Virus record (IMG/VR): IMGVR_UViG_3300037842_000637
Location: 1 to 57,958 of that record
DNA: 57,958 nucleotides
Strand: one strand, 5' to 3'
DNA from: a virus
Taxonomy: Duplodnaviria; Caudoviricetes
Part shown: positions 38,252 to 46,934 of the stretch, piece by piece
Position numbering within the stretch: the first letter of the stretch is position 1
Layout: each line of letters begins with the position of its first letter
Made by a program: the position numbers and the translations under genes
Notes under the pieces: generated by a model
What the model saw: the letters and a program-made list of their open reading frames with translations, nothing else
The model's database searches: none
Told to the model about the DNA's origin: nothing

Positions 38252-39145
38252 ATGACCTACGCAGATACGTTTCGGCACGAAATTGTGACCGCCAGGAAGT
38301 ATGGCACCGCCGATCAAGTAGCGGCTATCGCTGAAAATTTCTTCCATCGCACCGACTTCTCCGAGTGGTCCTTTTCTGGTGCCCCGCAAGTACACGGCCA
38401 TCAGTGGACAATTTCTATCCGCTGCCATCGTGAACAAAAAGATTATTTTATTGGCTACGACTCTCACCGAAACAGGTGGGAGTGGAACGGAGGCGTCATC
38501 AGTAACGCGAGGATGTGTGAAAACCTTGGAGTCCCGATCTCCTACCTCGAAGGCATCAGTGATGCGTTGCTTCATAATCTGGAGCACTGCGACAATCTCA
38601 GCGAGCGGGAGAAGCGAGTCACTAATGCCAAAAAACTGATCTCCCAAAAAACAAGCAGTCTGAAGAAACGATCCGCAGCACTCGCCAAAAAAGAGACCGA
38701 ACTCTGCGAATCCACCTCAACGAAAAGAGCAGTCCTCGCAGCGGTCAGGAAGGCCAATAAGAAATCAGGAGAGAAGTCCGCCGCTGTGATCTCACAACTG
38801 AAGAGTCAGATTTCGGCAGCACAGGCTTCCAGCATCGTCTACCAGAATAATTACGAAGACGTGCCTACTCCGTTCTGCCCTGTCCCGTGGCGAACCGGCG
38901 ACGAGATTCCTCTGGAGAGCGGCATCTACTTCCTTTGGAGAGATTCCAAAATTGCCTACGTCGGGCAGTCCATAAAGCTCGGACAGCGGGTAACGATGTC
39001 GCATGACCGTACACGGGACGGCGACTGGGTGTCGTGGGTGTTTGTGCCGATCGAGGAACTGGACTTCGCTGAGTGCTTCTACATCGGCACAACGATGCCC
39101 CCTGACAATTTTGGCTCCCGAGCACGACGCTTACAGAAAGCCTAG
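38252..39145 (+). CDS. Coiled-coil protein with C-terminal GIY-YIG-like domain
   Basis: SGIYFL......YVGQS..L..RV..H...E; AAGGAG RBS. Confidence 0.7.
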   Translation: MTYADTFRHEIVTARKYGTADQVAAIAENFFHRTDFSEWSFSGAPQVHGHQWTISIRCHREQKDYFIGYDSHRNRWEWNGGVISNARMCENLGVPISYLEGISDALLHNLEHCDNLSEREKRVTNAKKLISQKTSSLKKRSAALAKKETELCESTSTKRAVLAAVRKANKKSGEKSAAVISQLKSQISAAQASSIVYQNNYEDVPTPFCPVPWRTGDEIPLESGIYFLWRDSKIAYVGQSIKLGQRVTMSHDRTRDGDWVSWVFVPIEELDFAECFYIGTTMPPDNFGSRARRLQKA

Positions 39146-39149
39146 CACT

Positions 39150-39420
39150 CGCCGACAATCTGTTCGGCGTCCAAGTCTGCCAAGCGGCCAAGGCGAAAGC
39201 ACAGCCCGAAGACTTGCCCAGCATTCCGAGCTGGTAGTAGTGATGCTCCATGACCGATCGGTGTTCGACGTCCGGGTCGGTGCGACAACGTGGAGCGGAG
39301 TGCGGTGCAACCTGGCGACTCCGATATCAAAATCAGTCCAGGCGGTTCGATCCCTGTCTCAGTCTGTGATCAAACCTTTCCGGCCCCAGACGGGGTCGGT
39401 ACGTCCTGAACTCGTCTGCA
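39150..39420 (+). ncRNA. Candidate structured ncRNA
   Basis: Intergenic run of at least six hairpins including D-arm-like and T-loop-like elements. Confidence 0.35.
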
Positions 39421-39487
39421 ATCAACCTTGACGTATCCTGTCATCTTGTTAAGTTTATGCGGTCAACATTAACCAAGGAACAAACAA

Positions 39488-39787
39488 ATGCAGAATCGTG
39501 ACGAACCAGCAACCGCCATCCTGATCGACAACGGCGTAGACGAACCTACCCAGCACACTGGACTGTCCAAGCTGGAGTACGCGGCCATTCATATCTTTTG
39601 CAGCTACGGAGCAGGTGGCGACATCAGTTCTGCGGCTGCCGTCCGACAGGCACACGACCTGTTCGACAAAGTTGGCATGACACGAGGCTGCCTGAACGAG
39701 CCACCCCATCGGACTGTAGAACCTGTTACCCCGCCCCCGCCCACTGAGGAGACAAAAAGCTATGGACGTGATCCTGATAACGACTGA
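39488..39787 (+). CDS. Hypothetical protein
   Basis: AAGGA RBS; GLSKLEYAAI motif seen in small phage early proteins; upstream TTGACG-16-TAAGTT. Confidence 0.65.
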   Translation: MQNRDEPATAILIDNGVDEPTQHTGLSKLEYAAIHIFCSYGAGGDISSAAAVRQAHDLFDKVGMTRGCLNEPPHRTVEPVTPPPPTEETKSYGRDPDND

Positions 39788-39980
39788 TATTCGGGATTCC
39801 TTGTGGAGTCTCGGACGTGAAGACGTGCGTGTTCTCGGCAAGCAAACGGAAACCTATGACACCGAACAGGAGTGTCTGGACCGTGCTCGAATCTTGCGAC
39901 TTCAAGGACACGCCGTCGCCATTTTCAGCACTGGTGGCCGCCCGGTTAATGCGGCTCAGTCACCTGTACTTACAACTTGA
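39762..39980 (+). CDS. Hypothetical protein
   Basis: GAGG RBS, 72 aa. Confidence 0.5.
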   Translation: MDVILITTDIRDSLWSLGREDVRVLGKQTETYDTEQECLDRARILRLQGHAVAIFSTGGRPVNAAQSPVLTT

Positions 39981-40087
39981 GAGTGCCCGTAGCCGTGGGG
40001 GCCAAACAGACGGTGGGGTTTGCCCCTTAAAACACACCGTGCGAGTCGGTGTTCTAATTCATCCTAAGCCCCCCGCAGGAACTGAAC

Positions 40088-40495
40088 ATGGACACCAGGA
40101 ATCAAGACCTCGACGATCTCCGCGAGAAGCTGGAGAGCACGTCCCGTGTGGCCCAGGAACTCCACGACCGTGCCTGTCGGTACTTCGAGGAGCTACGATC
40201 CCAGCACGCGGCCCGGCGGCAGAAGCTGTGGGCCAAGGTTGCGTACACCCACGGGTCCAACCCGGAACGCAACGCCCAGGTGGCTGATCTGACCCTTGCC
40301 AATTACGACGAGAGATTCCCATGCCCGAGTACGTCGTCACCATCCTCAGTGCCTACATCGTCACAGCCCCCAACGAGCGAGACGCCGGAGAGGCAGCCTA
40401 CGACGTCGTCACCGGAGCAGACCTCGCCCCAGCAGTCAATCGACCCGTCCGAAAACGAGGCGACGACATTACCTTTCCAGACGGACGTATACTGA
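40088..40495 (+). CDS. Hypothetical protein
   Basis: AGGA RBS; the C-terminal tail overlaps the next gene. Confidence 0.55.
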   Translation: MDTRNQDLDDLREKLESTSRVAQELHDRACRYFEELRSQHAARRQKLWAKVAYTHGSNPERNAQVADLTLANYDERFPCPSTSSPSSVPTSSQPPTSETPERQPTTSSPEQTSPQQSIDPSENEATTLPFQTDVY

Positions 40496-40776
40496 AGGCG
40501 TTCAACGCTGAGCTGGCTGTCCCGGTCGAGGAAGTGGTGGATCGGTCTGAAGCGGAGATCATGCAGAAGACCGCTGAGCTGGTCAGTGAAATGCTGGACC
40601 ATGACGCCCCCTTCGAGGTCTGGACCGTCAAGCAGGAGTCGGGCGTCTGGTGGGTGCGTGACCACGACCAGATTCCCATCTGCTCAGACAGCGTTCGCAC
40701 TGAAGCGATGGACGTGGCCGAAGCGATCGGCAACAACCAGAACCGCCAATTCAAGATCGTGATGGAGAAGAGTTGA
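40321..40776 (+). CDS. Hypothetical protein
   Basis: 151 aa, acidic. Confidence 0.6.
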   Translation: MPEYVVTILSAYIVTAPNERDAGEAAYDVVTGADLAPAVNRPVRKRGDDITFPDGRILKAFNAELAVPVEEVVDRSEAEIMQKTAELVSEMLDHDAPFEVWTVKQESGVWWVRDHDQIPICSDSVRTEAMDVAEAIGNNQNRQFKIVMEKS

Positions 40777-40964
40777 TGTTCAACGGATTGAACTGGATCG
40801 TGGCTGGTATTCTCGCGTGCGGCCTGACCTGTATGATGGCCGGGACTACAGTGCTGGTGCTGGTGCTGTTTCATAACCGGAGATACCGAAAGCTGCGGGA
40901 ACAGAACAAGGCTTGGAGCCAATGGCAGCCAAAAAGCCCTACGTCATCGAAGCGAGATACATAG
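40776..40964 (+). CDS. Small membrane protein
   Basis: Hydrophobic N-terminus, basic tail. Confidence 0.5.
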   Translation: MFNGLNWIVAGILACGLTCMMAGTTVLVLVLFHNRRYRKLREQNKAWSQWQPKSPTSSKRDT

Positions 40965-41125
40965 GCACCTCCGAGCTGGAGCATGTGCAGGTGCTACGCG
41001 AGTGGCACGAATACGGTCGCTACAAGACCGAAGCGTCCCTGTTGGCCGGTCTCAATCTGGCCCAGACACAGGCGACCACCTGCCAGCGATACGAGTTCCG
41101 CACAAAAGGACCAAAACTTTCATAG
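40922..41125 (+). CDS. Hypothetical protein
   Basis: GGAG RBS. Confidence 0.5.
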   Translation: MAAKKPYVIEARYIGTSELEHVQVLREWHEYGRYKTEASLLAGLNLAQTQATTCQRYEFRTKGPKLS

Positions 41126-41206
41126 GTTAAGATTTACCCCTTGTAAGTAATCCACGGTGATTTACAATCACGCCAGACGGAAACAATCCTCACACGGAGA
41201 AACGAC

Positions 41207-41776
41207 ATGCAGTTTACACTCGACACGACGGAGCTGACCGGACTGGTGCCTATCGAGCAGTGGTTCATTTTCCTGTTGGCTGTTGGCTGGATCGTTCGTG
41301 AGATATTCCTCATGAGCCACCTCAAGCGGCTGCGTCTGATGGACCAGATGAACAAGCGGTTGATGATGAAGATGCACCCGCGTGGATCGCTCCTGACGCA
41401 GAAGGAAGTCAACAAGCTGTTTCTGTTTACGGAATCGTTCGGCACGCTCGGTGGTGCGGGAATCTCTAACCTGATTGCTCAGACGACTTCCGAGCAGGCG
41501 TCCATTGCCGAAGCCAAGGGCATCCTGAAGCAACTCATGGAAGCCAAGCACCCGGACCCTGAAACCATCAGCGGTGCGACCATCGTCATCCCGGACGATC
41601 AGGTAGGCAACTTCCTCGCCCACATTGAAGTCGATGGATTCTCCGGTCAGGTGCTGCCCGGTCCGATGCCGAACTTCTCGTCAGTGAAAGTGCCGGTCAG
41701 TGAACCTGGCCAGATGCAGCCGCTGACCAAGTCGATCGCTACATGGGAGGCCATGAGGAAAGATGCCAGCAACTAA
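41207..41776 (+). CDS. Membrane-anchored hypothetical protein
   Basis: GGAG RBS, TM helix near N-terminus; upstream TTGTAA-16-TACAAT (41141-41168). Confidence 0.65.
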   Translation: MQFTLDTTELTGLVPIEQWFIFLLAVGWIVREIFLMSHLKRLRLMDQMNKRLMMKMHPRGSLLTQKEVNKLFLFTESFGTLGGAGISNLIAQTTSEQASIAEAKGILKQLMEAKHPDPETISGATIVIPDDQVGNFLAHIEVDGFSGQVLPGPMPNFSSVKVPVSEPGQMQPLTKSIATWEAMRKDASN

Positions 41777-42209
41777 CCTCGTCCAGTTCCTCGCTGAACT
41801 GCCCACCAATCAGCGGGTGATCTTCTACACGTCGCGGCAGGAGAATGGCCAAATCCTCGGCTGCAAGGTCGAGAACCCGCAAGGCACTGTCTGCATCGGG
41901 TTCGCCGCCAGTTTCACCGGGGACCACAACGGCACCTCTCCCGGCTGGAACGATGAACTGGCCATCGGCCTGATCGACGCCGCTCAGCACGGCGGAATCT
42001 GGGAAGAACAACGCATCGCCAAAAAAGAAGCCGAACGGCGACAAGGGGCATGGACCACCCGCCGCAAGAACGATGCCATCCGGCGTCAAGCAGAAAAGGA
42101 CCGCGTAACGAGACTACACGAAGAACGACTCAACGAAATGACGAAGAAGCCACCGACTTCGCTGACTGGCTCGACCGAGAACACAGGGGGGCCAAGTGAC
42201 AAACCTTGA
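41763..42209 (+). CDS. Hypothetical protein
   Basis: 148 aa, GAGG RBS. Confidence 0.6.
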   Translation: MPATNLVQFLAELPTNQRVIFYTSRQENGQILGCKVENPQGTVCIGFAASFTGDHNGTSPGWNDELAIGLIDAAQHGGIWEEQRIAKKEAERRQGAWTTRRKNDAIRRQAEKDRVTRLHEERLNEMTKKPPTSLTGSTENTGGPSDKP

Positions 42210-42269
42210 ATGCTTCCTCACTGGGTTCATAATCGGAACTCTGTACTTCATCTGGAAGACATACCGGCG

Positions 42270-42761
42270 ATGACCAAACGGAAACCCGATGACCCCAAAA
42301 CCTTCAAGCGGTGCCGGGATTGCCTCGGTGACTTTCCGCCCAGAAAGATGTACCACGCCTCGGGACGCCGGTGCAGACAATGTGAACGACTACGGCAGCG
42401 AGTGCTCAGAGCTGAAGCCCGGTTCCATCCGAGCATCCCGCAGACTGCCAGACGGGTTGCTCAACAAGCCAGCGACCTCGACAAGTACGCCACCATCAAA
42501 CAACAGGCAGGACTCAACCAGGCTCTCGCCGTCATGGCCGCACTCACCGATGACATAGGCGGCCCACAGGAGTTTGCTGAATGGCTCATCCACCGCGTCG
42601 AACTCGCGGAAAGATACGCCGATGAGAAGACAGCACTACGCATGATGGGCATCGTCGCCACCATCGGCGGACTGACCACCATGCTGACACCCGACGAGGT
42701 CGAGTCACGGGCGGCCAGACTCGGAGCACGTCGATCCGTCAAATCAAGGAAAGACCGATGA
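42270..42761 (+). CDS. Zn-finger protein with TerS-like C-terminal region
   Basis: CRDC...CRQC; C-terminal similarity by eye to 25475-25882. Confidence 0.6.
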   Translation: MTKRKPDDPKTFKRCRDCLGDFPPRKMYHASGRRCRQCERLRQRVLRAEARFHPSIPQTARRVAQQASDLDKYATIKQQAGLNQALAVMAALTDDIGGPQEFAEWLIHRVELAERYADEKTALRMMGIVATIGGLTTMLTPDEVESRAARLGARRSVKSRKDR

Positions 42762-43009
42762 AACAACGCAAGTTAGCCGAAGCAATCGAAGCCTGCCGGA
42801 ACGCCGCCTACGAAGCCAGTGACTTCAGTCTGGGCCGTTGTATAGAACAGCTTGCACTCGAAGCTGCCGCAAGGTGCTCAGACTCCTACGAGAACGTAGA
42901 CGGAATTTACGACTGGCTGTTCGACGATGAGCACGCCATGAAACGACTGAAGGCGAACCGGACCAAACCCGAAGACGACCGCGTCACCAAACCAAGGAAA
43001 CCAAGATGA
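42758..43009 (+). CDS. Hypothetical protein, paralog of 43293-43508
   Basis: LAEAIEACRNAAYEASDF vs LAKALEACRDAAFKAKDF. Confidence 0.7.
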   Translation: MKQRKLAEAIEACRNAAYEASDFSLGRCIEQLALEAAARCSDSYENVDGIYDWLFDDEHAMKRLKANRTKPEDDRVTKPRKPR

Positions 43010-43296
43010 AAAACGCCATCTACCAATATGCCGGACTGACCGATGAGTGCTTACTGCTCAGAGACTGCGGACCGTGGGAACATCACCCCACGATCACCAA
43101 CGCAGCAGAACAGGTCGTCAAAGAAGTCGCACCAACACTCGGAAACCGACGACTCGAATACATCGACTCCGAAGGTGTAAGGTCTCAACTGCTCGTCAAG
43201 GACGAGTCCAACTACAAAGCCAAAGTCCCAACCGCCAGCCAGACACCCGACGAACCCGAAGACGACCGCGTCAAAGCACCAAGGAAACCACGATGA
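43006..43296 (+). CDS. Hypothetical protein
   Basis: TITNAAEQVV...RL.Y.DSEG motif common in small phage proteins. Confidence 0.65.
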   Translation: MKNAIYQYAGLTDECLLLRDCGPWEHHPTITNAAEQVVKEVAPTLGNRRLEYIDSEGVRSQLLVKDESNYKAKVPTASQTPDEPEDDRVKAPRKPR

Positions 43297-43508
43297 CCCC
43301 AGAACAGGAACTCGCGAAAGCCCTCGAAGCCTGCCGGGACGCCGCCTTCAAAGCCAAAGACTTCAACGTCGCCATGCAGATCGAAGGACTCTCCGTCGAA
43401 GCTCAGGCTGTCGATGACTCGCCGGAATCCAACGAAAACTACCGCTGGCTATGGTCCGACAAGGAAGCCTGCAAACGAATCGGGGTCGAGCACAAGGACA
43501 GGACATGA
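43293..43508 (+). CDS. Hypothetical protein, paralog of 42758-43009
   Basis: ATGA overlap, AAGGA RBS. Confidence 0.7.
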   Translation: MTPEQELAKALEACRDAAFKAKDFNVAMQIEGLSVEAQAVDDSPESNENYRWLWSDKEACKRIGVEHKDRT

Positions 43509-43681
43509 CCGAACAATCACAGCAGTACCGCTGGCAGATTGCACAGAAGGCCGCTGGCAACTGCATCATCTGTGCGAAACCAAGAGGAAAAGACGGAACC
43601 AAGCGACACTGCCGGTTCCACGCCGATCGGCACTCACAGCAGAACCGGAAGTCGTTCCTCAAAATGAAGAAAGACCGATGA
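43505..43681 (+). CDS. Small Zn-finger protein
   Basis: CIIC...CRFH. Confidence 0.6.
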   Translation: MTEQSQQYRWQIAQKAAGNCIICAKPRGKDGTKRHCRFHADRHSQQNRKSFLKMKKDR

Positions 43682-43759
43682 ACCGCTGGAGACCAGAACC
43701 TGCCCCCGATGACCATGACTGGTGGGTCACCATCCCTCAGCTCTAAGGACTCAGCCCCC

Positions 43760-43942
43760 ATGTTCCAGTGGCTTCGAAACCTGCTCGACAACAAGGACGG
43801 TGCTCCCATCAGGTTCTGGCAGCCTAAGCGGTGGGACTGGGAAGAAGAGCCGGACACCGAACCAGAACCGAAGCGACCGGCATGGTGCAACTGGCCCAAC
43901 CCATGCGGATGCTACGGCTGCCGCAATGAACCGAAGCTCTGA
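43760..43942 (+). CDS. Small Cys/Trp-rich protein
   Basis: AAGGA RBS; CNWPNPCGCYGC. Confidence 0.5.
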   Translation: MFQWLRNLLDNKDGAPIRFWQPKRWDWEEEPDTEPEPKRPAWCNWPNPCGCYGCRNEPKL

Positions 43943-44023
43943 CTTGCACCAAATCGGAACCGCACTTCCGTTTTGGGGCGATGTGGGGCAATGTGGCCGC
44001 CTACCGCATTCAAGTGAACCCGG

Positions 44024-44737
44024 TCAGCCGAGTGTCTTGAAATCCGACCGACGAAGACCCAAGTGGGAAAGCTGGTCCTGAGTCGGGAGCATACTCAGGA
44101 CCAGCGAACCCGGCTTCATCCGCTCGTAGTGGTGCTCAACCCGGTGACAGGTCGGGCACAACAGCAGGCACTTGTCGCACTCAGTCATCACCTCCCTGAA
44201 ACGCAGACCGAAGTCCGCACAAGTGCTCAATGCACTGACCATCTTCGAAATCTGACCGGACTTCTCCGATGGATCGCGGTGGTGGAACTCCAGCACCGAC
44301 TGAAACTCGCGATAACCACACTTTTCGCAGCATCCACCCGAGTAATGCACCAGAACACGCTTTAGAATCTGCCTGCCAACAGTCTGACGCCTGGTTCGAA
44401 GGGCAGAGTTGATACGACGCTCGTCAGCAGCCCTGGCCCTCTCGATAGCACCAGCACGACGGGTCGCTGCACGCTGCTCACTAGACAATGCAACAGCGGC
44501 CACACGAGCACGCTTCGCTACATCCTTGCGAGCACGCTTCGCTACCTCATAAGGCTCATTGTATCGCCGCTCAAGCTCAGGAATCAGCACCTTCGAGAAA
44601 TCATCAGACCGGGACAGGATACGGGCCAGACCCGCTGGAGTGTATCCAATATCCGCTGCCCATGCTGTGACCGTTCGAGTAACACCACCGTGCTCGACAA
44701 CACTATCTGGCCAATACTTCTCGATGATCCTGCTCAT
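44024..44737 (-). CDS. HNH endonuclease with N-terminal HTH
   Basis: CEKCGY.....LEFHHRDP..K...CLLLCPTCHRVEH; N-terminal T...WA...G motif. Confidence 0.85.
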   Translation of the reverse strand: MSRIIEKYWPDSVVEHGGVTRTVTAWAADIGYTPAGLARILSRSDDFSKVLIPELERRYNEPYEVAKRARKDVAKRARVAAVALSSEQRAATRRAGAIERARAADERRINSALRTRRQTVGRQILKRVLVHYSGGCCEKCGYREFQSVLEFHHRDPSEKSGQISKMVSALSTCADFGLRFREVMTECDKCLLLCPTCHRVEHHYERMKPGSLVLSMLPTQDQLSHLGLRRSDFKTLG

Positions 44738-45317
44738 TGAACCCCCCAGTATAAAACGAATGTGAGCTGAGTAATGTATACGTGTGCCGGGGGGTGGGTC
44801 AAGCCGTTTTGAGCATAAAGCGGCAGACTTGAACCTATCAATATACAGGCCCGAACTGAATGGGGGGGTTCGGGGGTTCACATCAGCGGGAATTGATGCG
44901 TTCCGGCCTGTTTTCGTAAGTCGTTGCAGCGTAACGACTTAGCTACACTCAAGGCGACGGCAGACGATCGTCTGGAGACCTGGGGGACGAAATCACCTGC
45001 AATTCTAGCCCCGATTCTCGCCTCATTCTGCACAAATGAGCGGAAGCACTAGCACCCACAACGTCACCAGACGGACAGAACAGCCCCTAAAACGCACGGA
45101 TACCAGTTCAGACGACCTCACACCCACGAAACCAATTCAATCACGCAGGCCAGCATTACCCACGAAATGGAGACGCCGCCTGTCCTGTCGCCTGTCCTGT
45201 CTCAGTCTACTATGCAAGACGACTGAAGCTCCGCGGTCAGAACGTCCACCCCGGTAGACATTGGCCACCGGCCACAATTCCAGGCACGACGACGCACCCG
45301 CAGAAAATCACGGCACG

Positions 45318-45353
45318 AAAAAACCCCTAGTGCATCCGAGGACACACTAGGGG
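45318..45353 (-). terminator. Rho-independent terminator
   Basis: CCCCTAGTG/CACTAGGGG stem with a T6 tail on the minus strand. Confidence 0.75.
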
Positions 45354-45381
45354 ATTCATAAGCTACGCGGCTGACTGGTGA

Positions 45382-45858
45382 CTACTCCGCCGCGTTGGCC
45401 CCGTCACACTGAGCAATGATCTTTTTGCAGGCGGCCAGGTTATCAACCACCGTCCTGATTTTTTCAATGTTCACGTAGTCGTGCCGAGTCTGCTTGCCAG
45501 CGTACTTCGCAGGCAGGATGCCAATCTGTGCCGGCCACATGCCAGCACCAGGGCCAGTGATCGGAACAGGTGGCTTGCTGCCTTTGATCATCTTTACCGC
45601 ACGCTCAACGAACACCACAGGCGGCAATGCCTTGCCAGCTTTCTTTGGTGCTTTCTTTGTGGCTTTCTTTGTGGCGGCCAGTTCTGCCTTGAGTGCTTCA
45701 ATGGTCGCAGCATTCTCCGCAGCTTGGGTGGCAGCGATGGCAGCACCTTGAGTCTCCACCAGCGAACCGAGTAAAGCCTTAAAGCCTGGATCGGCCATCA
45801 TTGCAGACATGGTCGCGGCGGGATCGGCCAGAGTTTCCGTTGTAGTTGCTTTAGTCAT
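45382..45858 (-). CDS. Ala/Lys-rich hypothetical protein
   Basis: GGAG RBS; KKATKKAPKK linker. Confidence 0.7.
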   Translation of the reverse strand: MTKATTTETLADPAATMSAMMADPGFKALLGSLVETQGAAIAATQAAENAATIEALKAELAATKKATKKAPKKAGKALPPVVFVERAVKMIKGSKPPVPITGPGAGMWPAQIGILPAKYAGKQTRHDYVNIEKIRTVVDNLAACKKIIAQCDGANAAE

Positions 45859-45917
45859 CAGATCATTCTCCACAGTCAAAAGAAATCGAACAGCATCCGA
45901 GCGAACAACGCCCGAAC

Positions 45918-46493
45918 CTACGCTTCAACCGCATTGCATTCACGAGCAGCAAAGAACGCCGCGAAATCATCAGCATCGTCTCTCAGTTCAATCGAAGTAG
46001 CACCCGATGCACGCACCACCGATGCACGCTCGTGAATCACTTGATCCCGTTGTGCATTATTGAGATTGAACCAGCGATTGCGGGATGCAGTCTCATAAGG
46101 TAAAGCCGGAGCGAACGAAGCACCCTTGACACCGTAGCGGCCAGAGACTCCGTATCGCTTGCCAACCTCCAGCGATTGCACTCGCCGTTGATCAGCCTGC
46201 AACCATTCAGCATGACAGGCGGCGACATTCTCTTCACTCAATTCAGACTCAGAGCGAAGCACCTGTTTCTTTTGTTCGGCCAGGTAGTCACAAGCCCCAC
46301 GCCAAACGGCCAGTGATGCCGTTGCACTGTCATTTGTGCAGCGATAGCAAACATGAGCAGCGATATCCTGTTTGGCGTCATCAGACAGGAAAGCACCCTG
46401 CAACCGCTTACGAACTACGGACACAGCACAAGCAATCAATTCTTCCGTTGCTTCAATCACGTCAGCACCTCCGATCGAGTTAAGAAAAAACAA
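45918..46493 (-). CDS. Hypothetical protein (start uncertain)
   Basis: 191-aa ORF; GGAGG suggests a start near 46460. Confidence 0.5.
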   Translation of the reverse strand: MFFLNSIGGADVIEATEELIACAVSVVRKRLQGAFLSDDAKQDIAAHVCYRCTNDSATASLAVWRGACDYLAEQKKQVLRSESELSEENVAACHAEWLQADQRRVQSLEVGKRYGVSGRYGVKGASFAPALPYETASRNRWFNLNNAQRDQVIHERASVVRASGATSIELRDDADDFAAFFAARECNAVEA

Positions 46494-46615
46494 ACACCGA
46501 GACCCTTATACCTCAGTAACATCGACCAAGTACACAGCAATTCTTACGAAGTTGCAAAGATTCCCAAAATAAAACTAGGCGGCCTCCCTGCAATAGCTTG
46601 GGGATCGGTACGACC

Positions 46616-46669
46616 AGACCGAGTGACCAGACCGAACCACCAACAGACAGGAGACCGAGTGACCAGACC
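46616..46669. repeat. 18-bp direct repeat
   Basis: AGACCGAGTGACCAGACC at 46616-46633 and 46652-46669. Confidence 0.85.
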
Positions 46670-46847
46670 AAAACCGCTGCACTGTTCTACCATGCTACCA
46701 CACCGAACCACGCCCCGAATTCCGACCGACTTTGACGCCTGCTGAGCACCAAAAAGCTGTGTATTTCGGCCTGAAGCCGCCAGTATCAAGGCTTGAAGCC
46801 GCCAGTCTGATTGCTTACTATGCCACCAACATTACACTAATCACGCC

Positions 46848-46903
46848 TAGAAAGAGCTTGGCCAACGGTACGTTTTCGGTGTTGGTTCGGTGTTCGAATC
46901 GAC
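46848..46903 (+). promoter_or_regulatory. Conserved promoter-like motif plus hairpin, copy upstream of the AAA gene
   Basis: TAGAAAGAGCTTGG-N4-CGGTACGTTT then stem with CG-GTGTT-CG loop. Confidence 0.75.
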
Positions 46904-46934
46904 CCACAATTTCCCCTCTTATGGAGATGACGAG

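Noticed and set aside
46612-46670. Possible mini CRISPR array
   Set aside because: Only two 18-bp repeats with an 18-bp spacer, and no cas genes
46848-46876. Sigma54 promoter reading of the repeated box
   Set aside because: No GC at the required GG-N10-GC position
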